Assembly (NCBI RefSeq): GCF_006345805.1
Contig: NC_043006.1
Span: forward strand, 28,582,001 to 28,646,000
DNA length: 64,000 bases
Direction of reading: 5' to 3'
Origin: Octopus sinensis
Taxonomy: Eukaryota
Below the pieces are notes generated by a model, which ran no database searches, had not been told where the DNA came from, and worked only from the letters and a program-made list of their open reading frames with translations. Position 1 is the stretch's first letter; each line of letters opens with the position of its first letter. Both the position numbers and the translations under genes were made by a program. Shown in pieces: positions 49,780 to 63,191 of this stretch.

Positions 49780-51300
49780 GTAAGGGGACAATTAGATCCA
49801 ATCAAGGAACCTTACATATCACCCTGACTACAAATGCCAAATGCTCTCTGCCAGTTGTGTTCTGCCCAACCATACAAGCTATTCTTACCACACTCACCCT
49901 CTCATCCACCTAGGATTTCACTTCCCTCACCCCCTTCTGGAAAAGTACAACCAAAAAAGAGTGCCATGTCCATTTCCATGTTATGGATGTGGAAGCGTAC
50001 ATTTCAGGAAAGACTGTCCCTTTAAAAATCAAAAATGTTACAGTTACAAAAGAATTGGTCACAAAAGTTCACACTGCAGAACAAAATTACGAAGGTCAAA
50101 CATTAAAAATCCTAGAATTCACTCATCAGAAACAAAAACTGACTCCCAAATAATAAAATTCGTACACATAAAAATAAATGGAATACATATTAAACTTCAA
50201 TTGGATACTGGAAGTGATATTCCAATAATAAATATGGAGACATGAAGGAAAATAGGGAAACCTATGTTGAGAAAAACAGCAAAATCTGATTGCAGCATGA
50301 TGGGCAACAAATTACATTTCATAGGTAATATGTGGACTAATGCTACATTTCAAGGGAAAACATGCAAGGCGAAAGTCTTCATCATTAAAAATGCAACCAA
50401 TCTGTTGGGTATCGATTGCTTAGAATTATTTGATTTATGGGACCTGCCCATAAATCTCCATTGTAAAAACATAAATGGATGTTCCTCTAAAAATAATTTG
50501 TCTGAAGAGTTAAAGAGAAAATTTTTTTTAATGTTTCAGCAAGTACTCTCAAAGAAACTAGGTCTATGCACAAAGACTGAAGCATGTTTGAATTAGATGA
50601 TAATGTTACACCTGTGTTCAAGTCTAATAGGAAAGTGCCTTTTGCAGAAATAAAGCAAGCGGACAATAAGTTGGACAGATTGAAAAAAAAAACCGGAATC
50701 ATTGAAAAAGTGAATTATGTAAAATGGGCAGCTCAAACTGAGAGTCCAGGATACATATCGACTGCACTGGACCAGTAAACAGCGCATACTATCTAATTGT
50801 TGTGGATAGCTATACAAAGTGGTCAGAGGTATGCAGATGTAATAAACCCACAGCAAAGACAACAATAAAGTTCCTACTCGAGTTACTTGCTTGATATGGT
50901 GTTCAAGACACATTAGTTTCAGATAATGGAACACAATTCATGGGATATGAATTAAGAAATTTCTGCAAAATACATGCCATAAAGCAGATCTTTACCCCAC
51001 CTGACCACTCGAGGTTGAATGAATAGGCAGAAAAGTTTGCTAACATGTTCAAAAGCGATCTAAGAAAAGCTAGATAATGACGAGGTACTAACGAAATTTT
51101 TGAGAGCATATAGAATAACACCAAATCCAAATACTGACTCAGGAAAGTCATCAGAAGGGTTAATGTTCGCATGTAAAATAAAATCAACCTTCAATAAATT
51201 ATTGCCCGGAAAAAACACATAAAGGAAAGACAAAAATACAGTTGAAGCAAATACAAGAAATATTACAAAACATTTCAAATTAGAAAGGAAATTTTAGGTT
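49780..51300 (+). mobile_element. Internally deleted Gypsy LTR retrotransposon (gag knuckles, protease, RT start, integrase)
   Basis: CYGCGSVHFRKDC..CYSYKRIGHKSSHC; LQLDTGSD; PVFKSNRKVPF...GIIEKVNYVKWAA; LIVVDSYTKWSEV...LVSDNGTQF. Confidence 0.9.
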
Positions 51301-51329
51301 AGTTGTACTGGTCTTTGTTTTGATAATGG

Positions 51330-51600
51330 TGACTGAGGTGATGATAATGGTTGTGGTGTTAGTGGTGGTGTTGCTTGTTGTGGTTGTGGTCTTGTAGGTG
51401 TTTTGTGGTGGTTGTGATGGTAGTAGCTGTGATTGGGGTAATGGTGGCGGTGATTACAGTTGTGGTTGTAGAGGTGGTTGTGGTGGTGATGGTGGTGGTG
51501 GTCAGAATGACAGTAGTGTTAGTGGTGGTTGTGGTGGTGATGATTGTGGTTATGGTGGTCATGTTGGTGTTGTCGTTGTTGGTAATAGATGGTGGTGTTA
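51330..51600. repeat. (GTG/GTT)n trinucleotide tract
   Basis: Direct inspection. Confidence 0.9.
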
Positions 51601-51629
51601 GAAATGGTTTAAAAACATTAGTATATTAC

Positions 51630-51743
51630 CAAACACTCTCCTGTTGTTGGGTCACACTTCTTTGTATGTCCATTGCATTCACATGGGGAACACAAACCAA
51701 AGAATGGACTTTTCCGTCTTCGGTAGTGTCCAGATGCACATTT
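51630..51743 (-). CDS. LanA: Laminin alpha exon, LE
   Basis: KCASGHYRRRKSPFFGLCSPCECNGHTKKCDPTTGECL; phase 0 to 0. Confidence 0.95.
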
Positions 51744-53477
51744 CTGCAACGATAGAGTCAGAGACAGTTATTAATCCACCAGAGTTAGTGTTAATAATTA
51801 ACAAAGTACGACCAAATGGAGTAGAAGTAAATTATAGAAAGTGAATTGATAGAACATCTGTGGCACATAACTAGCCAATTGTTACAAACATTAAGGCAAT
51901 AATGTGAAATATTTATTCATGAGGTTCACATAAACAAGGTTGTCTTAGTAGCATTATAAGCCCCTGAGCAAATCAATGACAGCAAGCAACAACATACATC
52001 AGAATTGGGCCCCTAGACCCACTGTGCCCTCAGGCAACTGCTCAGTGTGTCCATGCCTCAGGACAGTACTGCACACAAAACAGCAAGAATCCAAACAATA
52101 ATGTATATATTCATTCTTAATGCATTTTGGCAGATACAAACCTGATTATGAAAAGTCAACAAAGATCCACAAATTCAGTACTGTAAACAATAGGAACACA
52201 TCCTTTTGTCACCAATCCCACATTCTTATATCATCCTTTACAACTTCATTGTCTACTGAATGCCCCCTTTTCCTGAACACCCTCTCATATTTTCCACTGG
52301 TCCAGCAACAACTCACAACATTTGTTTATTACTCACTATATCCACTCGTATATACATCTGACCCACATCATCTGTCACTGTACATCCCTTTCTTATTTCC
52401 TTCCACTTCATATCATCTCCTAATTTCTCGTGTATTTATGGTCTTATTAAACAGTTAAACTTATTAAACTTCATCTCCCCCTTTTTGTACTGCCACCTAT
52501 CACCTCTTTCTCTCTGACCCACACCTTTGTCCTTCACCTCCTCCTAAACTGATAGCTACCAATGACTATGCTTTCACCCATGTTTACCATTCACTGCATT
52601 CATCTCTATCCTCAGTTCTAACCATTTATCACTTTCCTTTCGCATGCTTGTGAACCAAACCACCCAACCATCCTCAATTCTCTGGCCATTTTCTCTTTTT
52701 AATCACCTTCTTGTAACTTGAGGATATGCGAAGACACCTCATCACCGTCTTTTCTCTTGTAGCAAGAACTAGGAGTTGAACCCCATTCATTGAGTTATCG
52801 GGTTAGTGCAATGAGTGAACCAAACTTGAAACTTGCAATTATCATACGCACATTCTATTTATCAACCACTCGACTCACAGAGGATCATGTCACAGAGTCA
52901 GAACATCATCTCAAACATCCTTGAGATTTACACCCTTTTCTTTGGTTTTAAGTGATTTGGTGCTAAAAATCTTTGTAGAAGTTGAGAGCAACCAGGAAAC
53001 ACACAACTCACTTCTTACTACAAGCAAGCCAGAACAATTGCAGAAGTTCAGAGACCCATCAGAGAGTAACACATGATTCTTGGTACCTGCACGACTGTGA
53101 AGAATCACTTGTCTTTAATGCATCTCTACATGTAAGCACTAAAAGCTATATTTCCTCACCTCTTGTCATACGAACCAAAGGTAGAGTGCTGAGTAGATTC
53201 AGAGAAACTCGCATCTCAATTTCCATTCAAGACCAACATGTTCCTGTCTCTAGAGTTAGCTGCTAATAACTAGAATTTAGGTACTATGAAAGTTGACTTT
53301 ATATCCTGCATCATATCCAGTAATTCTCCATGTGACACTTTCTTTCTAGCAGGAGTAGATGTGTATCTCCTCTACAGCAAGACACCTGTTCCTACACACA
53401 CACACATGCACACTTATATAAACAATAATTATTTTAGGGATTATTATTTTAGAAATAGTTTGTTGGATTTTTTTTAC

Positions 53478-53586
53478 CTCACAAGAAGTACCTCTGTAAC
53501 TTGCTGGACAATGGCATTTTTCTACTGTATGTGCCAGATTTCCATTACCATTTTTAGTAGCAACTTCCAGCTGAACATTGCTTAAC
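53478..53586 (-). CDS. LanA: Laminin alpha exon, end of L4 into LE
   Basis: LSNVQLEVATKNGNGNLAHTVEKCHCPASYRGTSCE; phase 2 to 0. Confidence 0.95.
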
Positions 53587-53967
53587 CTGTGCAAGATAAA
53601 GACATAAGACAAACAGAAAGTTTCATTAATATAAAAGTAAAATCATTCTTCTGACAAATGTATTTTTGTGCTAAATTGTTTTCTCAAAAGTAGGCAGCAA
53701 GGAATTATAGGTAACATATAGAGAGGTCTATGTCAGGAAGCAACAATTTCAGTTTATAGAACAAGAGTGATATTGTGCTGGACAATGAACTGTACAGTGT
53801 TTCAATACTACCTATGACACTCAACAATGTTCCCCCACCACTGCCATATTTAATGAGGTTCCTCAATCATATATTATAAAAGAGAAACTGATCTTTGTCT
53901 GTCTGTAACAACACGTGTCTAGAGAGGTAAGAAGGAGAGGAGAAAAAGTTGTTGAGAGGGAAATACA

Positions 53968-54006
<39 letters not shown>

Positions 54007-54124
54007 AGATACTTATTAGGTTGTGTTGTCACCTTAGTAACTAACATGTTTTGATTAAAAATACGAGAATTTTAAGTGCAAGTCTGTCAACACAAGGCAA
54101 CACAAACTTCAAAAAAAGATTATA

Positions 54125-54166
<42 letters not shown>

Positions 54167-54909
54167 TCTTTGTGTGTGTGTTTGTGTGTTTTTTTTCTGT
54201 ATGTCTTTCAACATTTAGACAATGTAACACAGACTTTAAAAAAAGACTTTCATTTTGAACAGTTTATGATGGTACATGCATGATTAACAGATATTTTTAC
54301 CATCAGCATTGTAATAGGTAACAACATGGTCTGCTATAAATAGCAGGGCAAAATTTCATACATCAAACTCCAGCATTTTTTAAAATAGTGTACACATTGG
54401 ATGAAGTGGTCCTAAATATACACGAAAAGGATTGGTCATCATTGGAAAATATTTGATCATATGTCTGTCCAGTCAGACCTGATCTGGGATTAAGCAATGA
54501 CATTTTCCATTGAGTTAGAGTACCTTGCTATAAACAGATATCTTGAGGAAGATAAAGCTTAACATTGTAAGCAGCTTAACATTGTTCAGACAATTAGCAA
54601 GAATTTCATTCATTGACAGCTCAGAGCACAAATTCGTATATAATCATGGAGAAGATAACACAACTCCATTCCAACATATTCTTCTTTAGTAATCACGAAG
54701 AAGATTTATGCACAAGAACACTAACAGTATTTATGACTCAATGAATATTCTTTGTTTTACAATATTACAAGGATAAAATACCTTAATTTCATAATTAATA
54801 GAATAACCCATTAAATTTGTAGTTCTTATGACATATCTTTCTGAGATGTAGCACTAGCAACTTGTACTTTATCCAAAAGAAGAATGTGTGTTACTTCCTG
54901 GATTAGATT

Positions 54910-55170
54910 AACAACATTGTCAAACTGACGAAACATTATACAATGACAATACTTGACAATTATTACTATGTATGTAGATGTCAATACAAGATAGTCAAAT
55001 TACCAACAATGGACAACACATTATATAATGATGGTATTCAACAATTATTACTATACATAAAGATGTCAATACAACATTGTCAATTGTCAACAAAGAACAA
55101 CACATTACATAATGACAATACTTGACAATTACTACTATATCTAGATGTCAATACAACTGTCAACAAAAGT
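54910..55170. repeat. ~84-bp tandem repeat, ~3 copies
   Basis: acattat...tgacaatacttgacaattattact...gatgtcaatacaa recurs at ~54933, 55018, 55102. Confidence 0.85.
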
Positions 55171-55210
55171 CAAATGTCAAACAATGAAAAAGAACTGCAT
55201 TTAACATCAC

Positions 55211-55332
55211 CTAATCTCAAGTACTTTACTCAAATAGGATGCTTTGATGTAAATTCCTTCCAGATGTGCCAAGACCATCATGAATTGGTCTCTTCGCACA
55301 GGAGTGCCATGGATTTCATGCATGAAGGTATA
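55211..55332 (-). CDS. LanA: Laminin alpha exon, L4
   Basis: YTFMHEIHGTPVRRDQFMMVLAHLEGIYIKASYLSKVLEIR; phase 0 to 2. Confidence 0.95.
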
Positions 55333-55384
55333 CTGAAAAAAAACCAAAAAAACATTTAGATACTACTGATGACACCTATTGAAC

Positions 55385-55661
55385 TACAAAACTTCTTGTA
55401 ACACCAAAGATGAATTGAAGGCAAGGATTATGGCAGCATTCACAAACTTAAACAAGGAGACTGTCCAGAAGAGTTGCAGGTGATTCTGAAGTCATCTGGA
55501 GGCCATGGTTGAAGCCAATAACGATTTTATTGAATAAATTTACTCATTAGTATTTCAAGATATTTTTATGCAATTTTGGTAAATATATCTGTTAAAATGA
55601 GATATCAGTGTTATTTTCATTTTTGCGTAATTTAGACAACAGTTTATTCACCTCACCCTGT
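55385..55661 (+). mobile_element. 3' end of the maT/DD37D family
   Basis: Matches 17040-17270 in reverse; ends accctg|ta. Confidence 0.8.
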
Positions 55662-55716
55662 ATACATATATATAAGCATACACATACATATACATAAATG
55701 CATATGTACATATACT

Positions 55717-55770
<54 letters not shown>

Positions 55771-55941
55771 TAAATGCTTATATCAGAATGTTTATAAATG
55801 GATGTAGTATGTGTGCATTTATATGTGTTTCTCATATATACAGAAATTCAGCAATACCTATCATCAATGCAATAAATAGAAAATAGAAAGACTTAATCAA
55901 TTCATATAAGAATAAGAAAGTATCAGTCGTAGAGTCTTTAC

Positions 55942-56025
55942 CTCGCGGAGGTCCACAATGAATTCTTGTCTCCGGTTGTTCTCTGGAGGATTCTTGCTGT
56001 AGTATGCCAATGACATATTGTTACC
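55942..56025 (-). CDS. LanA: Laminin alpha exon, L4
   Basis: GNNMSLAYYSKNPPENNRRQEFIVDLRE; phase 0 to 0. Confidence 0.9.
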
Positions 56026-56519
56026 CTGGAGAAAATCAGATCAATGATACACATTGAGATTTGATATAGTGCATATACATACATTTATATATATATATAT
56101 ATATACATACCTCATAAAAAGATTGGAAGTGCAACACATAACCAAAAAGTCGGGTTCAGCATTGTATTCCACACTCTGCACCAGAATTCAGTGTAGTATG
56201 GCATGGGATATCAGCCTCAGGTTAAGCTAGTATGTGGAATATGAGCCAAATGATATAAATAATAATATGCAGAAAATAGGTATGGTATTCAATGCTCTGT
56301 AGACTATGCACATGTGTTACCAAAATGCTGTAGTAGTTATGTAACAGTTATAGAAACACTATGCAATCTTATACCTCACCACATCAGTGTTTTGCAATAA
56401 TGTAAAATTGCATAGCACTTCAACAATGGTTACAACAATGGTTATGTGATTATTGCAGCATTTAGCTGAAATGCATGTTCTATAAAGCAATGAATACCGT
56501 ATCTGTTCCCTGCACATTA

Positions 56520-57080
56520 TTTATTATATAAAATTCGTTCTGTCAGTCTGTGTGTGTATCTTCTAGGATCTCAGGCATCCTCCATCTAATTGCACTCAAA
56601 TTTAATATGTAGATACCAACGGTATCAGGGCGTGTATAAGTCTTGAAAAATTTACAAAAATCGATTCCAGGTGAAAATGCGATCGATAAAGCCATTTTTG
56701 TCCAGCTTTTCTTCTGTCAACCTGTACATAACTGCACCTTCCATTTTTTGTTATTTTTGTACTGCTTAAAAGCACGTTTATTTCCTGTCAAGCTTACTGT
56801 TTAAACCATGTTTGTGTTTTCCCAGTCAACAGCCTTATCATTATTGGTAATTTAAATTCTTTGGTTGTATATTTGTGTGAATAAAATCGTTTTTCTTTGG
56901 AATAGAAAAAAAGTCTATCTTTATTTCTTCTTTTGCTGGTGTCTCAAATTTAGGTTAAATCAGTGTTTCTCAGAGGGGAGGCCTATGGGATGGTCGGACA
57001 AATTGTTTTGAGAAAATTTGGTTTAAATGTTTGACAACTCAACACCGTCCATTGGACGGGGGGGGGGAGTTTTGCTCCTA
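56520..57080 (+). mobile_element. Probable non-autonomous Helitron
   Basis: tatataaaattc...tctgtcagtctg 5' motif; 3' hairpin ccgtcc-att-ggacgg at 57045-57059. Confidence 0.5.
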
Positions 57081-57857
57081 CATATATACATATTAAACAC
57101 CATGCCCAAAAAAACAATGAAAGAGGAAGAGGGTGGGGAGAGCTAGGAGGGAAGAAGACAAGAATAACGTAAGAAATTATGAAGAATCAAGTGGAATGTA
57201 GCATCAATGACAGGCTGGTGTAGCATCTATGATAGACTCATTGTTGCAGTCAGCTCTGATTAAGCAGATCTACAATCGAAAGAGTTCCATTCATGATCAT
57301 TTCACCATTGCATATAGTTAAGGACAACATTGCTAAATCTCATTCTCTTATTGTTGTTGTTGTTAAAGTAGCAGAATGTGATTAAATGGAATCTGATAAT
57401 TCTAGATTCCACGATTACAACTGCATACAGGTTCCCTGTTTTATGATGTTGGTGGAAATGTTAATGACCATAACACAGTAAGTGAAGCAATGATAATGAT
57501 GAGAGGAGAAAGGAGGAAATGATGATAGCACTGACTTTGGATAACAAGAATGAGGGTAATCTTGTAGTTGCTGTTGTTTTTGTCGTTTTTTTAAACTCAG
57601 GGTCTTCCTTGCACAAGCAGACATATAATCAATGTTAATTCTGCTAAAACCATCTCCATCCTTTTTATTTCTCAGACATATAATATCTAAAAGAATAATA
57701 TGCAATGTGTCTTACCATTTTTTAAGAAGATAAGATGGGATTTGAGAGAGATATCACTAATTCTAGCAAGTCAAACAACCATTAGGAGACTCCTCTTGAT
57801 TTAACCATAAAAATAACAAAATTATTGCTGGAATAAGTTTAAAGAAATATCACTTAC

Positions 57858-57950
57858 CACCAAGATAACATCAGGTCCTACAGTTTCAACACCATCTGAT
57901 TTACTTGAGAAAACAATCTTGTAACTCAATCGGCCACCATAAGAAGGAAT
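57858..57950 (-). CDS. LanA: Laminin alpha exon, L4
   Basis: IPSYGGRLSYKIVFSSKSDGVETVGPDVILV (SYGG.L.Y and PDVIL motifs); phase 0 to 0. Confidence 0.95.
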
Positions 57951-58183
57951 CTGAAGATTTAAATTAATCCATTTTAGATCAGCTGAAGATGATTTTTTTA
58001 CATTACACAATAAACGTTTATATGTAATATATGTTCTTTGATTACAAGAAATGTCTTTGATAACAAGAAATGTTTTTTTTTATGTTTCTTATAGACAGAC
58101 AACAGATAAATGTGGACATAGCCAGAAGTTGGTAATGTATTCATTTGCAGTAAACTATATAAAAATAGTCAATAGTCACTAAC

Positions 58184-58333
58184 CTTGTTACCAAGATAGG
58201 CCGAAGGGGCAGACCAATAGATTGCTTCACTAGGAATAGAGACCCGTTCATTCACCTTGGCTTGGATGTGGCTACTAGCAATAATGTTAACTCCATTAGT
58301 ATTTTGGATATTCCAGTTCCTCAATGTGGATAC
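58184..58333 (-). CDS. LanA: Laminin alpha exon, L4 (domain IV)
   Basis: VSTLRNWNIQ...EAIYWSAPSAYLGNK; phase 0 to 0. Confidence 0.93.
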
Positions 58334-58782
58334 CTGTGAAAAATACATTTAAAAGTTAATTAATTTTATTCAAATTTTCTTATCTTTTAGAGAAAAAAAC
58401 ACTGGTTGTGTGGTTAAGAAGCTTTTTTCCCAACCACATAGTTACAGGTTTAGTCCCACTGCATAGGACCTAGGGCAAGTGTGTTCTATTATAGCCTCAG
58501 GCTAACCAAAGTTTGTGAGAGGATTTAGTAGATGGACTGAAAGAAGCCCATCATATATATATGTGTGAGAGGGTGTGTATGCTTACGTCTCCTTGTCGTG
58601 ACATTGTGTGATATTGTACACCACTGCTTGTCTTGCAGTGATGCTCATTTCCAATATTCTATGGAAACATGTCTGGCCATGAGAAAATATTACTTTGTTA
58701 AGAAACAGATGAAGTATGGTGACAGGAAAGGCATATTGCATTATATATGCACTCACTCTCAATATCAGATATTATATTGTAC

Positions 58783-59440
58783 ATATACCACTCTTTCCAT
58801 GGCTCTTTGAGCTGTTACCAGTCTCTGCTCTTCTCTCTTTGTTGTAGCCAATGTTTCACTACCATATAACATTGCAGGTAGAACTGTGCTGTTGATGATG
58901 TTGGCACGGATGGTCCTGTCCAACCTTCCCTTGAGCATACCCTTTATGCCATTAAACGCCTTCCATCCGGCCCTTACTCTCCGTGAGATCTCCTTTTCGA
59001 TAGATCGGTGTATATTCACTTCCTGTCCCAGGTGAACATATTCCTTTACCTCCGCTATTTCATCACTGCCGATCACCATTCGACCTGTTGGTACGTTGTC
59101 TGACCGCAATGCTTGGAATCTCGTTGAGAGAGCACATCAGCAAGGTCATCAGAGAGAAGTCCGGCATGAGGGATGTCATCACAGAATATACACACAGCAA
59201 GTTTAGATGGGCTGGACATGTCGCCTGGTTCACTGATAATCGGTGGACCCGCGCGAGTGGAAATGACCACTCGGAAGACCTCCACAACAGTGGAGTTATG
59301 ATTTCAGGAGGACGATTGGGATCATGTGGATGAGAAAGGCGCGATCCAGAGAGGAGTGGACAGCATGCTGTGACCAGCGGTGTCTAATGGACGCCCGACG
59401 GACTGGTCGGTCAAGGTGATCAAGGTGATATACCACTCTT
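58783..59440. mobile_element. 5'-inverted (twin-primed) RTE LINE insertion with 13-bp TSD
   Basis: Minus half ...LPAMLYGSETL...QRAMER; plus half AMLGISL...RWAGHVA...; TSD ATATACCACTCTT at 58783-58795 and 59428-59440. Confidence 0.9.
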
Positions 59441-59530
59441 AATATCACATATTACACTGAATGTATATCCATTCTCAATATCAAATATTATATTTTATAT
59501 ACAACCATCACATTCACACACACACACACA

Positions 59531-59561
<31 letters not shown>

Positions 59562-59594
59562 TCACACTTATTGAATTACTATAATATAACCTAC

Positions 59595-59735
59595 CTGGCT
59601 CCAGCGAAGATTGGACTTGCTGCAGCTGCTAATCACTCCAAAACAGAAACAGGTGGTGCAGCCATTTGGGTTATTTCTTTCCAGATGGAAACTTCCAGAA
59701 AGACAATCACGACAACGAGATTTCTCAACATTTTT
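59595..59735 (-). CDS. LanA: Laminin alpha exon, LE to L4 boundary
   Basis: KNVEKSRCRDCLSGSFHLERNNPNGCTTCFCFGVISSCSKSNLRWSQ; phase 0 to 0. Confidence 0.95.
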
Positions 59736-62125
59736 CTGTAACAATGATAAATTATAAGACTTTAGCACAAAATCTAAACAACAACAACAAAAAAATTCAC
59801 AGGTGTCCATTATAAAAACTTTTCTACTTACACTTCCACCCTTGTTCATTTATATTTACCTCTACTTCCATCTCTAACCATCTATTGCTCTCCTTTCACA
59901 CTTTTATGAAACTGACCCCTCTCTTCACTCCAAATTTGCATCCTCCTTTATGCCCATCCTTTTGCAGCTTGAAATGCTCTGGTATGTCATCACTACCATC
60001 CCTATCTTCTTTCCAGAAACTCCCACCCACCCTTATAAAATGTGGGGTAACCTTATATCTTCTTCTAAAGCAAGACATCTAGGTTTGTCCCTCTATCATA
60101 CTTTAGCCTCTCAACATAGAATCTTTGTCCTTTGCCCCTTTTTCCTCTTTCAAATGCTTCTCTCAGCACCATTTAGTTGAAGAGGTTTTTTTCCTTTTCC
60201 CTTTTTACCCTCTTCTTGGATATTTTTTTTAAAGTTAGTTAGCAAGCTCATTAGTGCCAAATGCACAAGAAATAAAAAAAATACCCAGCAGAATCTATAG
60301 AGTGGCTGGCATTAGGAAGAGCATCCAGCTGCAGTTACCATGCCAAAGCTGACATTGGAGCTCAATGCAGCCACGTCAAACCATCCAACCTATACCAGCA
60401 TAGAAAATGATGATGATGATGATGATGCTTTACTATAGTAAGAACATAAAATATTTAGTATTTTAGTAAATTACTAAAAGTTGAAAATGGGCATGGCTGT
60501 GTGGTTAGGGAGCTTGCTTCCTAGCTACATAGTTTCGGGTTCAGTCCCACTGCGTGGCACTTTGGGTAGGTGTCTTCCACTATAGCCCCGAGCCGACCGG
60601 AGCTTTGTGATTGAGTTTGGTAGGTGGAAGTTACTGCCGTGTGTGTATGTGTGCGTATAGCTGCTCGGTGCCTCTCTGAAAGAGAGAGAGGGATCTCAGA
60701 TGGAAGACATAAAATTTCAGGATTTGCCCCATGGAATATGAAATTGTCCAAAATTATAATATTTTTACAAATGAAGTTTGCAACAGTTTTTATAAAGGTG
60801 ACACACTTCAAAAATATTTATCTGAATTCTTTTTTTTTATATAAAATAGCATCTTCAAAAATTTTCAAATTACAGAATTCAAATTTTATTTTGAGGTTTT
60901 CCATAAAAATTAAGTTTACCGAACAACTTTTATTAAAAGATGAAAAACTAAATACAGAATATCAGTACACCAAGTAAAAATTCATATTACTACCTGGAAC
61001 TGGCAGTATTGTTAACACAATGGGCAAAATGCTAAGCGACATTTTGTCTGTCTTTACATTCTGGGTTCAAATTTCACTGAGGTCAACTTTGCCTATCATC
61101 CCTTCAGGGTTGATAAAATAAGTACTAGTTGAACACTTGGATAAAATAAGTACCAGTTGAACACTTTGATCGATACAATCAACTTAACCCCCACCCTTCC
61201 CCTGAAATTGCCAAAATTTGGAACCAATATTACTACTCGGAGTAAGAATTAATATGAATGCTTTGAGTAAGATCTCATAATACTAGTACATGTACAAATA
61301 TATGGAGTTGAGCTTCAAAGCTGTTTTATATCTAAAAGCCCAAGCTGAATCTAACATAGGATCAATAATTAGATGACAATTTTGTCCCTTGAGGAAGCTT
61401 TGTTAACTATAACAGAAGTTTGTTAATTTAGTGTCTCATCTCTGTCTTATATTGTCTATAATGTAGTTGGCCAGAGACTCTAGATATTGTTGAGAACTAA
61501 ACTTAAATCATTTTGTGTCTGTCCAATTTTTATTGAAAAAATATTGTCCTAAGACTTAAAACCTGGTATTACCATCTGAAAGACAATGGGAAATTTATTG
61601 AGAGAAATTTGGCTATTATGTTGAGTAAATCAAGAGACTGCATAGATGCTATATTACTTGATTAAGATCACCTCAATAACATGAACTTGTCGATAAACTT
61701 AAGAGGCAGATACAGCACAATATATGAATTTATAAATTAAGTATAAATCTAAAAATGAATGAGCTAAGAGAAACAACTCAGAGTTGGCAGTGGGATGTAT
61801 TTGAACAACATAGACAAATACAGATATATTAAATACCATACAACATACATAGTAGATCTATTAAAATTATATCCACTTCTAGAGGATGTGTCACAATTAC
61901 CATATGAAGAATCATGATTTCTCTAGATCTGACATGCCACTAAGGAAAAGGACAGGTTTATTGTCTGGAAATATGAGAATAGTCATAAATGGGTTTCTGC
62001 TTCAATAGGTGTCATCAGTAGTTCTTTTTTTTTCTCTTTCCTTGAAAAGTAGTTTCATAAATAAGAAGAGAAAAAAACCGTCAGGGATAATACAGAAGTA
62101 ACTTCGTAGAATGGTGAATAGATAC

Positions 62126-62270
62126 CTTGCAAAGGCATTGGCCAGAGTCTTGATCACATACATCATCTTCAGCTCCAGTAGCATTACAGGCACAGGGTAC
62201 ACAATGCGGGTAGGAATAGCTACCTGGGGCACACTTGTCACATGTTCGACCACCAAACCTGTTTAGGCAT
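62126..62270 (-). CDS. LanA: Laminin alpha exon, LE repeats
   Basis: CLNRFGGRTCDKCAPGSYSYPHCVPCACNATGAEDDVCDQDSGQCLCK; phase 2 to 0. Confidence 0.95.
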
Positions 62271-63191
62271 CTGAAATAGAGAGAAAAGGGTAAGTCGCAA
62301 GCAGAAAGAAATTTACTGCAAGAATTTCCAATTTTAGCAGACAACAAACTTTGAGTAGCAATACAGCAAATTGCCAACTTCTCATTTATTAAATCTTTAT
62401 GACATATACATATTTTATATATATACGTGGAGGCACAATGGCCCAGTGGTTAGGGCAGCAGACTTGAGGTCGCAGGATCGTGGTTTTGATTCCCAGACCG
62501 GGCGTTGTGAGTGTTTATTGAGCGAAAACATCTAAAGCTCCAAGAGGCTCCAGCAGGGGGTGTTGGCAATCCCTGCTGTATTCTTTCGCCACAACTTTCT
62601 CTCACTCTTTCTTCTGTTGGCCTGCTCACTTAGCCAGTGGGGTGGCATCATTTGAAGGCTAAAACAATGCGAAGTGCATTGTGATCAGCGATGTGCAGCA
62701 ACATCTGATAGCCTGGTCAGTCATGGTGATCACGGTGATATATACATACACACACATGCACACACACACACACAGAGTAATGCACATTTGCCCCAGACAC
62801 AACCCCATACATACACACACGTACACACACATACACGCACTCACACATACTTCAATCTACCAGTTAAACACCTTTCTACTGACCATTCGCCTACGCACAT
62901 GTGAAGGGAGACAAACAAAAGATAGCCACTCCTACCTAAAATTCCTACTGTAAATTCCTCCTACAACATTAAGGGACACAAAGTCCACCCACGCACACGT
63001 GCTATTATTACACACACACAGACCTGCATGCACTCACATACTCACACATACACATCTCATTCTCTTGCACTCTACTGTCTTAGAAAGAACTTTCTCTTCA
63101 CCCATTCCCTTCTGGTCATTTCAACATGTAACTGCGTGTGTATCATTGGCAATTTTCTTCCTGCGTCTTTCCTTCCTTTGGACTCTCCTCT

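Noticed and set aside
51359-51755. Poly-Thr / poly-Val / Gly-rich ORFs
   Set aside because: Trinucleotide repeat; the only real coding part is exon 51630-51743.
52120-53270. Pyrimidine-rich tract and short ORFs resembling PLE 3' and 5' regions
   Set aside because: No diagnostic motif intact, and not needed for the laminin exon chain, which is phase-complete here.
59885-60180. Overlapping short ORFs on both strands
   Set aside because: Purine/pyrimidine-skewed low-complexity intron DNA with no domain signal.
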